A stretch of 64,000 bases of DNA. It comes from Coleofasciculus sp. B1-GNL1-01 (lineage in GTDB: Bacteria > Cyanobacteriota > Cyanobacteriia > Cyanobacteriales > Coleofasciculaceae). This document shows, one piece after another, positions 11,984-21,170 of the stretch. The stretch lies in NCBI GenBank assembly GCA_040220235.1, contig JAVJTO010000051.1. One strand, given 5' to 3'. Position numbers and translations under genes: made by a program. Positions within the stretch are counted from its first letter, which is position 1. Every line of letters begins with the position of its first letter. The notes beneath the pieces are model-generated. The model worked only from the letters and a program-made list of their open reading frames with translations. It did no database searches and was not told where the DNA came from.

Positions 11984-12550
11984 TCAGAAGGCAATGTCTT
12001 CGTACAGGTTAGTCAACTCAGCTTCAAACTCAAGGCTAGTCAGGTGAAAAGTATTGTGACTGGGGGCATAGAATTGAAATAACCACAGCCCCTCCTCGGT
12101 ACGACGGTAACAATCTACTCGTTGCTGTCTGGTACTAATCAAGACATATTCTTGCAGACTGTCGAGGGTTTGATAGTCGATGAATTTATCCCCTCGGTCA
12201 AAGGCTTCGGTAGAGTCAGAGAGGACTTCAATGATTAGTTTGGGATAACGCTTATAGGTAGTAGTTTCTGCGTCGCGGGGGTCACAAGTCACCATCAAAT
12301 CAGGATAGTAGTAACAGTTGCACTCTTCAAGTCTGGCTTTGACATCGGCAAAATAGACGCGACAGTCTGACCCCCGTAGGTGGCTACGCAGCAGGGTGTA
12401 GAGGTTTCCAGCAATCGTATTATGAGCATCGGTTGTCCCCGCCATAGCATAGGCTTCACCATTGCGATATTCGTGTTTGGTGTCGCTGGTGGCTTCGAGT
12501 TGGAGGTACTCGTCAGGAGAGAGGTAATAATTGTCTGGGGTAGCAATCAT
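11984..12550 (-). CDS. Uma2 family endonuclease
   Basis: KHEYRNGEAYAMAG, YYPDLMV, LIIEVLSDST, DRGDKF, LQEYVLI. Confidence 0.92.
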   Translation of the reverse strand: MIATPDNYYLSPDEYLQLEATSDTKHEYRNGEAYAMAGTTDAHNTIAGNLYTLLRSHLRGSDCRVYFADVKARLEECNCYYYPDLMVTCDPRDAETTTYKRYPKLIIEVLSDSTEAFDRGDKFIDYQTLDSLQEYVLISTRQQRVDCYRRTEEGLWLFQFYAPSHNTFHLTSLEFEAELTNLYEDIAF

Positions 12551-12712
12551 GGATGAGGAAGGGGTGAATTGGGTAGTCCTGTTTTTAATTTAGTTCAAAA
12601 AGTGCAATGCATTCAGCAGGCTACACCTACGCGCCTCCAACAGCAAGTCAAGCCCAATCTCAATCGGGGCAAATGATAAAATTAAACCAGTTTCTTCGCG
12701 TTAAACTAGCCA

Positions 12713-12952
12713 ATGCTGACCCTAGACCAACTCATTGCCGAAGCCACTGCCCTCCCTGATGCTGACAAAGCAATCCTGATTGATAAACTGACAGCAAGCA
12801 TGGACGAACAACGCACGGCTTCAAAAACCGCAACTATTCCCCCTGGTACTCTCACCAAACTTCGAGGTATCGCTAAACGTTCTAGAAAAACCCCCAGCGA
12901 TAAAGAACTGCAAGCAGAGTACACCGATTATTTAGTTCAAAAATATCAGTAA
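12713..12952 (+). CDS. Putative antitoxin of PIN toxin
   Basis: 79 aa, LRGIAK and YTDYLVQKYQ C-terminus, directly upstream of the PIN gene. Confidence 0.75.
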   Translation: MLTLDQLIAEATALPDADKAILIDKLTASMDEQRTASKTATIPPGTLTKLRGIAKRSRKTPSDKELQAEYTDYLVQKYQ

Positions 12953-12960
12953 CCTTTCTC

Positions 12961-13371
12961 GTGAAAATTCTCATTGATACCAATGTTGTCATCGATCTAA
13001 TTTCGGAACGAGAACCCTTTGTGGAAGAGGCAGTGAGACTTTTCCAAAAGATTGAACAAGGTAATTTAGAGGGCTATATTGCAGCTACTACCATCACCAA
13101 TATTTTCTACATCATCCGCAAAATAGAAGGTCGTGCAGTTGCCCTCGAAGCAATCAAGCAACTTTTAAGCGGTCTAAGACTCTGTTCTGTTGACCGTCAG
13201 ACTATCGAAACAGCCCTTAGCTTTGACCTCATTGACTTTGAAGATGGCATTCAACTCGCCTGCGCGACTTTATCTCAACTTGACGGCATTGTAACCCGCG
13301 ATCGCCAAGATTTTCTCAACAGTCCCCTCCCTGTTTATTCCCCCACAGAACTGTTAAACCAACTCCAGTAG
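12961..13371 (+). CDS. PIN domain toxin (VapC-like)
   Basis: ILIDTNVVID, DFEDGIQ, IVTRD. Confidence 0.9.
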   Translation: MKILIDTNVVIDLISEREPFVEEAVRLFQKIEQGNLEGYIAATTITNIFYIIRKIEGRAVALEAIKQLLSGLRLCSVDRQTIETALSFDLIDFEDGIQLACATLSQLDGIVTRDRQDFLNSPLPVYSPTELLNQLQ

Positions 13372-13474
13372 AAAACCGATGAACAACGCGATGCCTACGG
13401 CAGACAATGCTCTCGTCCTAAGCTAAAACGCATTTAAATTGGGAATGGGTAGCGAGCAAGATGCTCGCACTACT

Positions 13475-13552
13475 ATTACACTATACGAACCCAACCCCAA
13501 AAAATGGAATAACAACTTTACGCAAAGGAGACTAAATAGCCATGACGACTAA
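13475..13552 (+). pseudogene. 3' remnant of DUF4258-like toxin gene
   Basis: Reads ITLYEPNPKKWNNNFTQRR directly upstream of the YgiT-type gene; 5' part replaced by REP gcgagcaagatgctcgcactac. Confidence 0.55.
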
Positions 13553-13775
13553 CTCACAAGCAGCTTATGTTGAGAAACAAGTAACCTATACCTTAAATCT
13601 GAATGGTCAAATTATTTTGATCGAAAACGTCCCTGCCCGTGTTAATGAAGAAACAGGGGAACAGTTTTTCTCCCCCTCAACCGTAGAACATTTACAACAG
13701 ACCCTTTTAGATCACCCAGAACCCGACCATTTTATCCGCGTTCCGGTGTACAACTATTCAAAAAATGTAGCATGA
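13542..13775 (+). CDS. YgiT/MqsA-type zinc-finger family antitoxin (Cys ligands missing)
   Basis: VTYTL..NGQIILIENVPARVNEETGEQFFSPSTVE; AAGGAG SD. Confidence 0.75.
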   Translation: MTTNSQAAYVEKQVTYTLNLNGQIILIENVPARVNEETGEQFFSPSTVEHLQQTLLDHPEPDHFIRVPVYNYSKNVA

Positions 13776-13799
13776 ATCCTCTGCCCAAAAATTTCTCCC

Positions 13800-15881
13800 T
13801 TGCCCATGACCCAACCTAACACCATTCCCGCCGTTTCCGTCACCTACACCCAAGCGGGCACTTCTACTCGCCTCAATGAGCTAGGGATGCGCCCGATGCA
13901 GGAACGGGCTTACCAAAAGCGGGGGGAACAATACCTGTTGATTAAATCCCCCCCTGCGTCTGGCAAAAGTCGCGCCCTGATGTTCATCGCCCTGGATAAA
14001 CTCGAAAACCAGGGATTACAACAAGCGATTATTGTTGTTCCTGAAAAGTCCATCGGGGCAAGTTTTCACAATGAACCCCTGAGTCAGTTTGGTTTCTGGG
14101 CAGATTGGTTCGTTGAACCCAAGTGGAACCTCTGCGACGCACCGGGTACTGATGGCGGTAAGGTCGATGCAGTGCGGAAATTCCTTGATAGTGATGCCAA
14201 AGTGCTGGTCTGTACCCATGCCACCTTTCGCTTTGCCGTAGATAAATTTGGGGTGGAAGCCCTGGATAACCGCCTGATTGCCGTCGATGAGTTTCACCAC
14301 ATTTCCGCCAACCCAGACAACAAGCTGGGCGATATTATACGTCAACTGATCAGCCGCGACCAAACCCACATTGTCGCCATGACAGGTTCCTATTTTCGCG
14401 GGGATGCCGAAGCGGTGCTACATCCTGAGGACGAGGCGAGATTTGATACTGTCACCTACACCTATTACGAACAACTCAATGGCTACCAATACCTGAAACA
14501 ACTGGATATTGGCTACTATTTCTATGCAGGAAGCTACACCGACGCCATCATGGAGGTACTCAATCCCCAAGAGAAAACCATTATCCACATCCCCAACGTC
14601 AACTCCCGCGAAAGTACCAAAGATAAAATCCGCGAAGTCGAACACATCATCGAGGAACTAGGGGAATGGCAGGGAACTGACCCGGCAACGGGGTTTCAAC
14701 TGGTACAAACCGCCGATGGTAAAGTCTTGAAGATTGCCGATCTCGTAGACGACGACCCCAGCAAGCGAGATAAAGTCACAGCTACCCTGAAAGACCCCAG
14801 ACAGAAAAATAAGCGCGATCGCGTGGATATCATTATCGCCCTGGGTATGGCAAAGGAAGGCTTCGACTGGATTTGGTGCGAACACGCCCTCACCATCGGT
14901 TATCGTTCCAGCCTCACCGAGATTGTTCAAATCATCGGTCGCGCCACCCGTGATGCCCCCGGGAAAACCCACGCCCGTTTCACCAACCTCATCGCTGAAC
15001 CCGATGCCAGCGAAACTGCCGTGACTGAGGCAGTGAACGACACCCTCAAAGCCATTGCTGCCAGCCTCTTGATGGAACAGGTACTTGCTCCCCGCTTCGA
15101 GTTCAAACCGAAAAACCCCAACAATCAACCCACCCCTGGCTTTGATTACGGAGAAAATGGCTACGATCCCCATGGGTGTAATGTGGGAGTCAATGCAGAA
15201 ACGGGACAAATCCAGCTAGAAATTAAAGGACTCGCTGAACCCAAAAGCCAGGAAGCCCAACGGGTTTGTCGGGAGGACTTAACCGAACTGGTGACAGCTT
15301 TTGTCCAAGACAAGCCTAGCCTTGAGCGGGGTTTGTTCGACGAAGAACTGGTGCCAGAAGAACTAACCCAGGTGCGGATGGGCAAAATTATCACAGAGAA
15401 GTTTCCCGATTTAGAAAAGGAAGATCAAGAAGCAGTTCGTCAACACGCGATCGCGGCGCTTAACCTCGTCCAACAAGCCAAGCAAACCGTAAATGAAAAG
15501 GGTGGGACGTATAATGTGAATTCCAATGATGGCGAAGGGACAAAAAACACCGCCCTTATCGACGGGGTAAGGCAGTTCGCCCTCTCAGTTACAGAACTGG
15601 ATATGGATTTGATCGACCGCATCAATCCCTTTGGGGAAGCCTACGCTATCCTAGCTAAGTCCATGAGCGAAGAACGGCTCAAGCAAGTCGCGGCAGTGAT
15701 TGCTGCCAAGCGAATCAGTCTCTCGGTTGATGAAGCCAGAGAACTCGCCAAACGAGCAAAGCGATTCAAGCAGGAACGGGGACGATTACCCTCCCTCACA
15801 GCAACAGACCCCTGGGAAAAACGCATGGCTGAGGGGGTAGCTTTCCTGCAACGTAAAGTGAAGGAGGAAAAAAATGGTTAA
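13800..15881 (+). CDS. SF2 DEAD/DEAH helicase (YeeB-like)
   Basis: Walker A SPPASGKS, DEFHH, AMTGS, QIIGRATRD. Confidence 0.9.
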   Translation: MPMTQPNTIPAVSVTYTQAGTSTRLNELGMRPMQERAYQKRGEQYLLIKSPPASGKSRALMFIALDKLENQGLQQAIIVVPEKSIGASFHNEPLSQFGFWADWFVEPKWNLCDAPGTDGGKVDAVRKFLDSDAKVLVCTHATFRFAVDKFGVEALDNRLIAVDEFHHISANPDNKLGDIIRQLISRDQTHIVAMTGSYFRGDAEAVLHPEDEARFDTVTYTYYEQLNGYQYLKQLDIGYYFYAGSYTDAIMEVLNPQEKTIIHIPNVNSRESTKDKIREVEHIIEELGEWQGTDPATGFQLVQTADGKVLKIADLVDDDPSKRDKVTATLKDPRQKNKRDRVDIIIALGMAKEGFDWIWCEHALTIGYRSSLTEIVQIIGRATRDAPGKTHARFTNLIAEPDASETAVTEAVNDTLKAIAASLLMEQVLAPRFEFKPKNPNNQPTPGFDYGENGYDPHGCNVGVNAETGQIQLEIKGLAEPKSQEAQRVCREDLTELVTAFVQDKPSLERGLFDEELVPEELTQVRMGKIITEKFPDLEKEDQEAVRQHAIAALNLVQQAKQTVNEKGGTYNVNSNDGEGTKNTALIDGVRQFALSVTELDMDLIDRINPFGEAYAILAKSMSEERLKQVAAVIAAKRISLSVDEARELAKRAKRFKQERGRLPSLTATDPWEKRMAEGVAFLQRKVKEEKNG

Positions 15882-17094
15882 ACACACCACTGATGAGGAT
15901 ATAGACCTACTCGCGGAATTAGGAGTAGATACCGCCCCTCCACCCCAAGTCAAGCGCACCCCCAGAGAAGAACGGATCATCGCTGGATTTGAGGAAATCG
16001 AACGCTTTGTCACCGAACAAGGGCGACTTCCTCAACACGGGGAAGACCGCGATATTTTTGAGCGCATCTACGCCGTGCGCTTAGATCGTCTACGGAACTC
16101 GGAGGAATGTCGCGCCCTCCTCGAACCGTTAGACTCACGGGGTATCCTCAATGCTGACACCGATTTTAACCTCCCTCCAGAAACAGATCTGGATGATGAA
16201 GCTCTGTTAACCTCCCTGGGGGTTGAGGCAACACCAGGGAACGATATTACCCAGCTTACCCATGTGCGATCGCGTAGCGTTGCCGGAGGCAAATCGCGTC
16301 AGGAGATTAAAGCTGCCGAGGAAATTGCCCAACGCACCCCCTGTCAGGACTTTAAACAGTTCAAACCCATCTTTAAAAAAGTGCAACAGGAGTTAGAAAC
16401 TGGGGCTAGAGAAACCCTGAAATATCGGGATGATGCCACTGTCAATCAGGGGGATTTCTTTATTCTGGATGGGCAGAAGTTGATTGTTGCCGATCTCGGT
16501 GAACCGTTTATTAGCGATTATGGTAAGCCAGACCGCAGGTTACGAGTCATTTATGACAACGGGACAGAGAGTAATTTATTGCTGCGATCGCTCCAACGGG
16601 CATTGAATAAAGACAAAACCAGTCGTCGCATCACCAACCCTGATTTTAGTTCCCTGCCCCTGTTTGCCCAAACCGAAGCCGAAGACGATATCACAACGGG
16701 CTACATCTATGTGCTCAGAAGCCAATCCGACGATCCTTTCATTGTTCAGAATTATGAGTTAGTCCACAAAATTGGTGTCACGGTCGGTGATGTCAAAAAG
16801 CGAATTGCTAACGCGGAAAAAGACCCAACCTACCTACTCGCAGAGGTGGAAATCGTCGCTACCTTCAAACTGGCTAATATCAACCCACAGAAACTGGAAG
16901 CACTCCTGCACAAGTTTTTCGACAATGTTCGTTTAGATGTAGAATTGCGCGATCGCTTTGGCATTCCCGTACAGCCGAGAGAATGGTTTCTCGTGCCATT
17001 AGAAGCGATTGAAGAAGCGATTGAAAAAATCAAAGCAGGAACAATCGATCAATTTCGCTACGATCCAGAAACAGCAAGTCTCACCAGCTCGTAA
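15874..17094 (+). CDS. GIY-YIG / T5orf172 nuclease (YeeC-like)
   Basis: GYIYVLRS, HKIGVT, LEALLHKFF, PREWF; overlaps the helicase stop. Confidence 0.88.
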   Translation: MVKHTTDEDIDLLAELGVDTAPPPQVKRTPREERIIAGFEEIERFVTEQGRLPQHGEDRDIFERIYAVRLDRLRNSEECRALLEPLDSRGILNADTDFNLPPETDLDDEALLTSLGVEATPGNDITQLTHVRSRSVAGGKSRQEIKAAEEIAQRTPCQDFKQFKPIFKKVQQELETGARETLKYRDDATVNQGDFFILDGQKLIVADLGEPFISDYGKPDRRLRVIYDNGTESNLLLRSLQRALNKDKTSRRITNPDFSSLPLFAQTEAEDDITTGYIYVLRSQSDDPFIVQNYELVHKIGVTVGDVKKRIANAEKDPTYLLAEVEIVATFKLANINPQKLEALLHKFFDNVRLDVELRDRFGIPVQPREWFLVPLEAIEEAIEKIKAGTIDQFRYDPETASLTSS

Positions 17095-17278
17095 GGTCAT
17101 CCGAGCATCCTTCTCCGCATCCTCTGGACGTTCCTGTATATTTACAGTATAAGCGATGGTGCAGGCTCCCCCGTGTTTCAACCGGGGGAGTGTCAACCGT
17201 GTACCCAGGGAGTGTCGAAAATAGCTCTGTGTTGAATGTCCCGAAAGGACGCTCAACTGCTCCTCCCTCAGAAGGGCG
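17087..17278 (-). pseudogene. tnsB: TnsB (Mu-like DDE transposase) fragment interrupted by a 55-bp insertion
   Basis: RPSEGGAVERPFGTFNTELFSTLPGYT (17198-17278) and NIQERPEDAEKDARMTLR (about 17089-17142) lie in different frames and match cyanobacterial CAST TnsB as recalled. Confidence 0.8.
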
Positions 17279-17556
17279 TAGGCGTAGCCCGTAGCCCGCC
17301 GAAGGCATCGCCCAGCCAATCGACGTAGCTGGTCAGTTTTACAAAGTAATTTTTCAGTTTGTTAAGGCTTTGGTAACTCTTGTATCAACATCACTACAAT
17401 CGTGAGTTGGTGGAGCCAGATGAGTTATGGTAAAAAAAACAAGCAATCCTTAAGTAATTCTTAAAGGAGTCGTGTTCTTGCTCAGATCGCGACACAGCGC
17501 TGGAAAACCAGCTTTATTTCTCGGCTGCTGCCACTTTACCTAAGGAAGGAGATTGT

Positions 17557-17790
17557 ATGACTCCCACAATGCTGCGTCAGTTGTGGTCTTTAATTGAAAC
17601 GACTCAAACGAATCTGCTACTGAAACTCGATGATGCTAGTCTGGTTCAGTGGATACTCAAGCAATTCAAACAAGAGCGAGGTCTTAACTCAGAGGAAATG
17701 CATATTTTGAATGACTATCTCTATAATCGCTTGTCTCTGATCCGGGATCTGGCAGAACAACGGTACACGGCGAGTAATCCGTCATCCTAG
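17557..17790 (+). CDS. Conserved cyanobacterial hypothetical protein
   Basis: Strong SD AAGGAAGGAG; MTPTMLRQLWSLIE...RLSLIRDLAE. Confidence 0.75.
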   Translation: MTPTMLRQLWSLIETTQTNLLLKLDDASLVQWILKQFKQERGLNSEEMHILNDYLYNRLSLIRDLAEQRYTASNPSS

Positions 17791-18249
17791 GGTAATTTGG
17801 GGGTAATTTGGGGGTAAATACCCATCCGGAACAAAAGAAAGAGGGGGGATGGGGTGATGGAGTGAGTAACGGTGACAGGCAGCAAGAAGATTGAGGTGGG
17901 CAATAGCACGCTCTGGATAACTTGAGTATTTCCTTATTGGAGGACTCTTGCCCACCTTATTTTTAATTAAATCGGCTGATTCTTAACGTTTATTAAAAAA
18001 TATTGCGATAAATTACTAACTGTTTCGTGTCTAGCCAACACCACGTTGCGACTAATCCCTAGTACAGTAAAGGGAATTTGTTTCAACGTTTATCCATCTT
18101 GTCAGACTGAGACAATAGGTTTAAACTTTTATCAGGACAGGGAAAAAGACTTCCGGTTATTGGAGCTCAGCTGAGAGAGGTTCCTCTTACCCTGCTTAAA
18201 TATTAAGCTTTCTTAAAAGGTAGACCTGATACAGAAACCTAGGTCATTA

Positions 18250-18280
18250 TTGACTACACTTAATGAGAATTACTTTTAAC
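18250..18280 (+). promoter_or_regulatory. Putative Fur box overlapping the feoB promoter
   Basis: TTGACT then taatgagaattactttta (Fur-like AATGAGAAT) upstream of an iron uptake operon. Confidence 0.5.
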
Positions 18281-18321
18281 AAGTTGGAGAATTTGCTTTC
18301 CATCATTGGAGTCAAAACGAT

Positions 18322-18942
18322 ATGGAATGTCACAAATGTCAGAACACCTGCCACCGCAAGCCTAACAGAAGGAGGGGCTGGAAGTGGTGGAGCAAACCGC
18401 CGCAACCCTCACCCCTGAACACTGAACCGATTCCCCAAGTCGCGTTGGTGGGGACGCCCAATGTGGGTAAAAGTGTTCTGTTTAATGCCCTGACGGGTAC
18501 GTATGTCACCGTCTCCAACTATCCTGGTACAACGGTGGAAGTCTCCAGAGGTCAGATGACGGTTGGGGATCGCCTGTTTGCGGTGGTGGATACGCCAGGA
18601 ATGTATTCCCTACTCCCGATTACCGAAGAGGAAAAAGTGTCGCGGGATTTATTACTCCGCGAATCCGTAGACGTGGTGATTCATGTCGTCGATGCCAAAA
18701 ACTTAGGGCGGATGCTTCCCTTGACGTTTCAGCTTATTGAAGCAGGTTTGCCTGTGCTGTTAGCCGTGAACATGATCGATGAAGCCGAACAACTGGGGAT
18801 TCAGATTCACCGGGATCATCTGGAGATGGAATTAGGGATTCCGGTTGTCACTATGGCAGCGGCACTGAATGTTGGTTTACGAGACTTGAAATATAAGGTG
18901 GATGATTATGTTAAGTCAGGTTGCTTATCCGGAACCTATTGA
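18322..18942 (+). CDS. feoB: FeoB N-terminal GTPase domain protein
   Basis: GTPNVGKS, NYPGTTV, DTPG, NMID. Confidence 0.92.
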   Translation: MECHKCQNTCHRKPNRRRGWKWWSKPPQPSPLNTEPIPQVALVGTPNVGKSVLFNALTGTYVTVSNYPGTTVEVSRGQMTVGDRLFAVVDTPGMYSLLPITEEEKVSRDLLLRESVDVVIHVVDAKNLGRMLPLTFQLIEAGLPVLLAVNMIDEAEQLGIQIHRDHLEMELGIPVVTMAAALNVGLRDLKYKVDDYVKSGCLSGTY

Positions 18943-20359
18943 GGGGGCGATCGCGAAACTGGAGTCTTTGTTATCACGATTGTCGCTATCCCAGGATTAT
19001 CCCCTATCTCGGCGTAGTATTGCCCTACTCTTATTGCAAAAAGATCCGGCATTGTGGCAACAGCTTCAGCTTCAGGGGACAGAAGCCGAAATTCAAGCCG
19101 CGATCGCCGATGCTGAGAGTCAGTTGGATGAACCGTTAATTTCTGTCATTGCTAAGGCGCGTCAGCAACGGGCGTGGGTGATCGAACAAACGGTTCTCAG
19201 CGAATCCAGTCAAGGCAAAACCCCGTTAGCGGAACGACTGCACCAACTCACGGTGAATCCGTGGACAGGATTTCCGATTTTGCTGGCGATTCTCTATTAC
19301 GGGGTTTACAAATTTGTCGGCGAATTCGGGGCGGGGACGATGGTGGATACCATTGAAACCTTCTTTGAGACATATATTAATCCCGTTGTCAACCAAACGG
19401 TAGCGGTCATTTTACCCTGGCAACCCCTACAGGATTTAATTGCCCACGATTACGGGATTATTACCTTAGGGATTCGCTATGCGGTGGCGATTGTCTTACC
19501 CGTGGTTGCTACATTCTTTTTAATGTTTTCCTTCCTGGAAGACAGTGGCTATCTGCCGCGACTATCCCTAATGCTAGATAACCTGTTCAAAGCGATCGGG
19601 TTATCGGGGCGGGCGGTAATTCCGATTGTGTTGGGATTGGGATGTGATACGATGGCAACCTTAGTCACGCGAACCCTGGAAACGACACGGGAACGACTGA
19701 TTGCCACATTTTTACTCTCCTTAGCCATTCCCTGTGCGGCACAGTGGGGGGTAATTGTGGGATTGTTAGCTCAAAAACCTGCCGCGTTGTTGATTTGGGG
19801 AGGAGTGATTGGGGCGATTTTTATGATTACGGGCTATTTAAGCGCCCGCATGCTTCCGGGAAACCCAGCTAGTTTTTACATGGAAATTCCCCCCTTGCGC
19901 TTTCCCAAACTGCAAAACATTCTGGTGAAAACCTATCTCAGAATGAAGTGGTATTTCTTGGAAATTATGCCCCTATTTATTTGGGCATCAGTGATTATTT
20001 GGTTTGGGCGTTTGACCGGGTTGTTTGGCTGGATTATTCGGGGGATTGAGCCGATTGCCTTAGGATTAGGATTGCCCAGAGAAGCTGCACCTATCTTTTT
20101 ATATGGCTTCTTCCGGCGGGATTACGGCGCAGCTGGGTTGTTTGATATGCAGCAAGAGGGGATTTTTACGGGGAATCAGTTGGTGGTGACAGCGATTGTG
20201 TTGACGCTGTTTTTACCTTGTATTGCCCAACTGCAAGTCATGTTGAAAGAGCGCGGGGCGAAAATAACCTGGGCGATTGTGGCATTTATTTTTCCCTTTG
20301 CCTTTTTTGTGGGATATCTGGTCAATAGTTTGTTAAATGTATTAGGAGTGACGATTTAA
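18902..20359 (+). CDS. feoB: FeoB membrane (gate) domain protein
   Basis: LEDSGYLPR, GLGCD, IPCAAQ, FYMEIPP, LFLPCIA. Confidence 0.92.
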   Translation: MIMLSQVAYPEPIEGAIAKLESLLSRLSLSQDYPLSRRSIALLLLQKDPALWQQLQLQGTEAEIQAAIADAESQLDEPLISVIAKARQQRAWVIEQTVLSESSQGKTPLAERLHQLTVNPWTGFPILLAILYYGVYKFVGEFGAGTMVDTIETFFETYINPVVNQTVAVILPWQPLQDLIAHDYGIITLGIRYAVAIVLPVVATFFLMFSFLEDSGYLPRLSLMLDNLFKAIGLSGRAVIPIVLGLGCDTMATLVTRTLETTRERLIATFLLSLAIPCAAQWGVIVGLLAQKPAALLIWGGVIGAIFMITGYLSARMLPGNPASFYMEIPPLRFPKLQNILVKTYLRMKWYFLEIMPLFIWASVIIWFGRLTGLFGWIIRGIEPIALGLGLPREAAPIFLYGFFRRDYGAAGLFDMQQEGIFTGNQLVVTAIVLTLFLPCIAQLQVMLKERGAKITWAIVAFIFPFAFFVGYLVNSLLNVLGVTI

Positions 20360-20578
20360 ATGATTGCACTAGCATCAGTCAAACGAGGAAATAGCGGCAC
20401 CGTTGCTGCGTTGAAGACAAAGGATGAGATGACGTTGCAGAAGTTAATGGCGATGGGGATTAGTCCCGGAATGCCGATTCTGTTGGAGCAACGGTTTCCT
20501 TCTTATATTATTAAGGTGGGCAGAACTCGGGCGGCGTTGGATCGGGAAATGGCAAAGATTATTTATTTGCATCGCTAA
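20360..20578 (+). CDS. feoA: Ferrous iron transport protein A
   Basis: KLMAMGISPG, RAALDREMA; abuts feoB. Confidence 0.9.
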   Translation: MIALASVKRGNSGTVAALKTKDEMTLQKLMAMGISPGMPILLEQRFPSYIIKVGRTRAALDREMAKIIYLHR

Positions 20579-20908
20579 GGGGTAAAGGTTATCGGGTTTA
20601 GGGTGATTTTGGCTAGGGTTAGATTGACGACAAGTGGAGGGTTAGGCAATGCTGTGTCTTTACCCTAGACAAACCCCTCCCTAACCCTCCCCTGCAAGGG
20701 GAGGGAACTGGAATTGATTGAGAACGGGCAATTAAAGAGATTTCTGTGGGATTGGATTTAGGATCTATATTGATGATGAGAGGGTGTGGCAGTGCCATGC
20801 CCCTACCGTAATTCAAAAGATGGTTGATGGGGTAGGGGTACGATACTATCGTGCCCTTATGATTGTGATGTCAACCGCCCAGTTGACGGCAAGAGATTGG
20901 TTGAAAAT

Positions 20909-21170
20909 GCAAGCATCTGTGTCTGTTCAGGTTTGGAAGGCTGGGGAATGGGGTGCAAATCCATACAGGGCTTGGGTTTGCGGCTAGTTCAAGGAGGAGG
21001 GAGATGCTTGCAAAATGCTGGAATTCCTTGTATAGTAAGGGCTGTAGCGTTTTGGATTTTGGGAATTTTGCCCCGATTTGACCCGATTTTGGCGTGAGGA
21101 GAGTTGGATTTTGGAGATGCTTGCAAAATCGATTGGCAGCCATTATGATTTAAGGGGTCTAGCGATCGCG
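20909..21170 (+). promoter_or_regulatory. CRISPR leader 1
   Basis: Colinear with leader 2; GCAAGCATCT at -262, GAGATGCTTGCAAAA at -170 and -57; TTGCAA-17-TATGAT promoter (21121-21149); HIP1 next to the first repeat. Confidence 0.9.

Noticed and set aside
18322..20359. feoB as a frameshifted pseudogene
   Set aside because: Both parts end and start at the domain boundary with overlapping ORFs; a split feoB is known in filamentous cyanobacteria, so treated as natural
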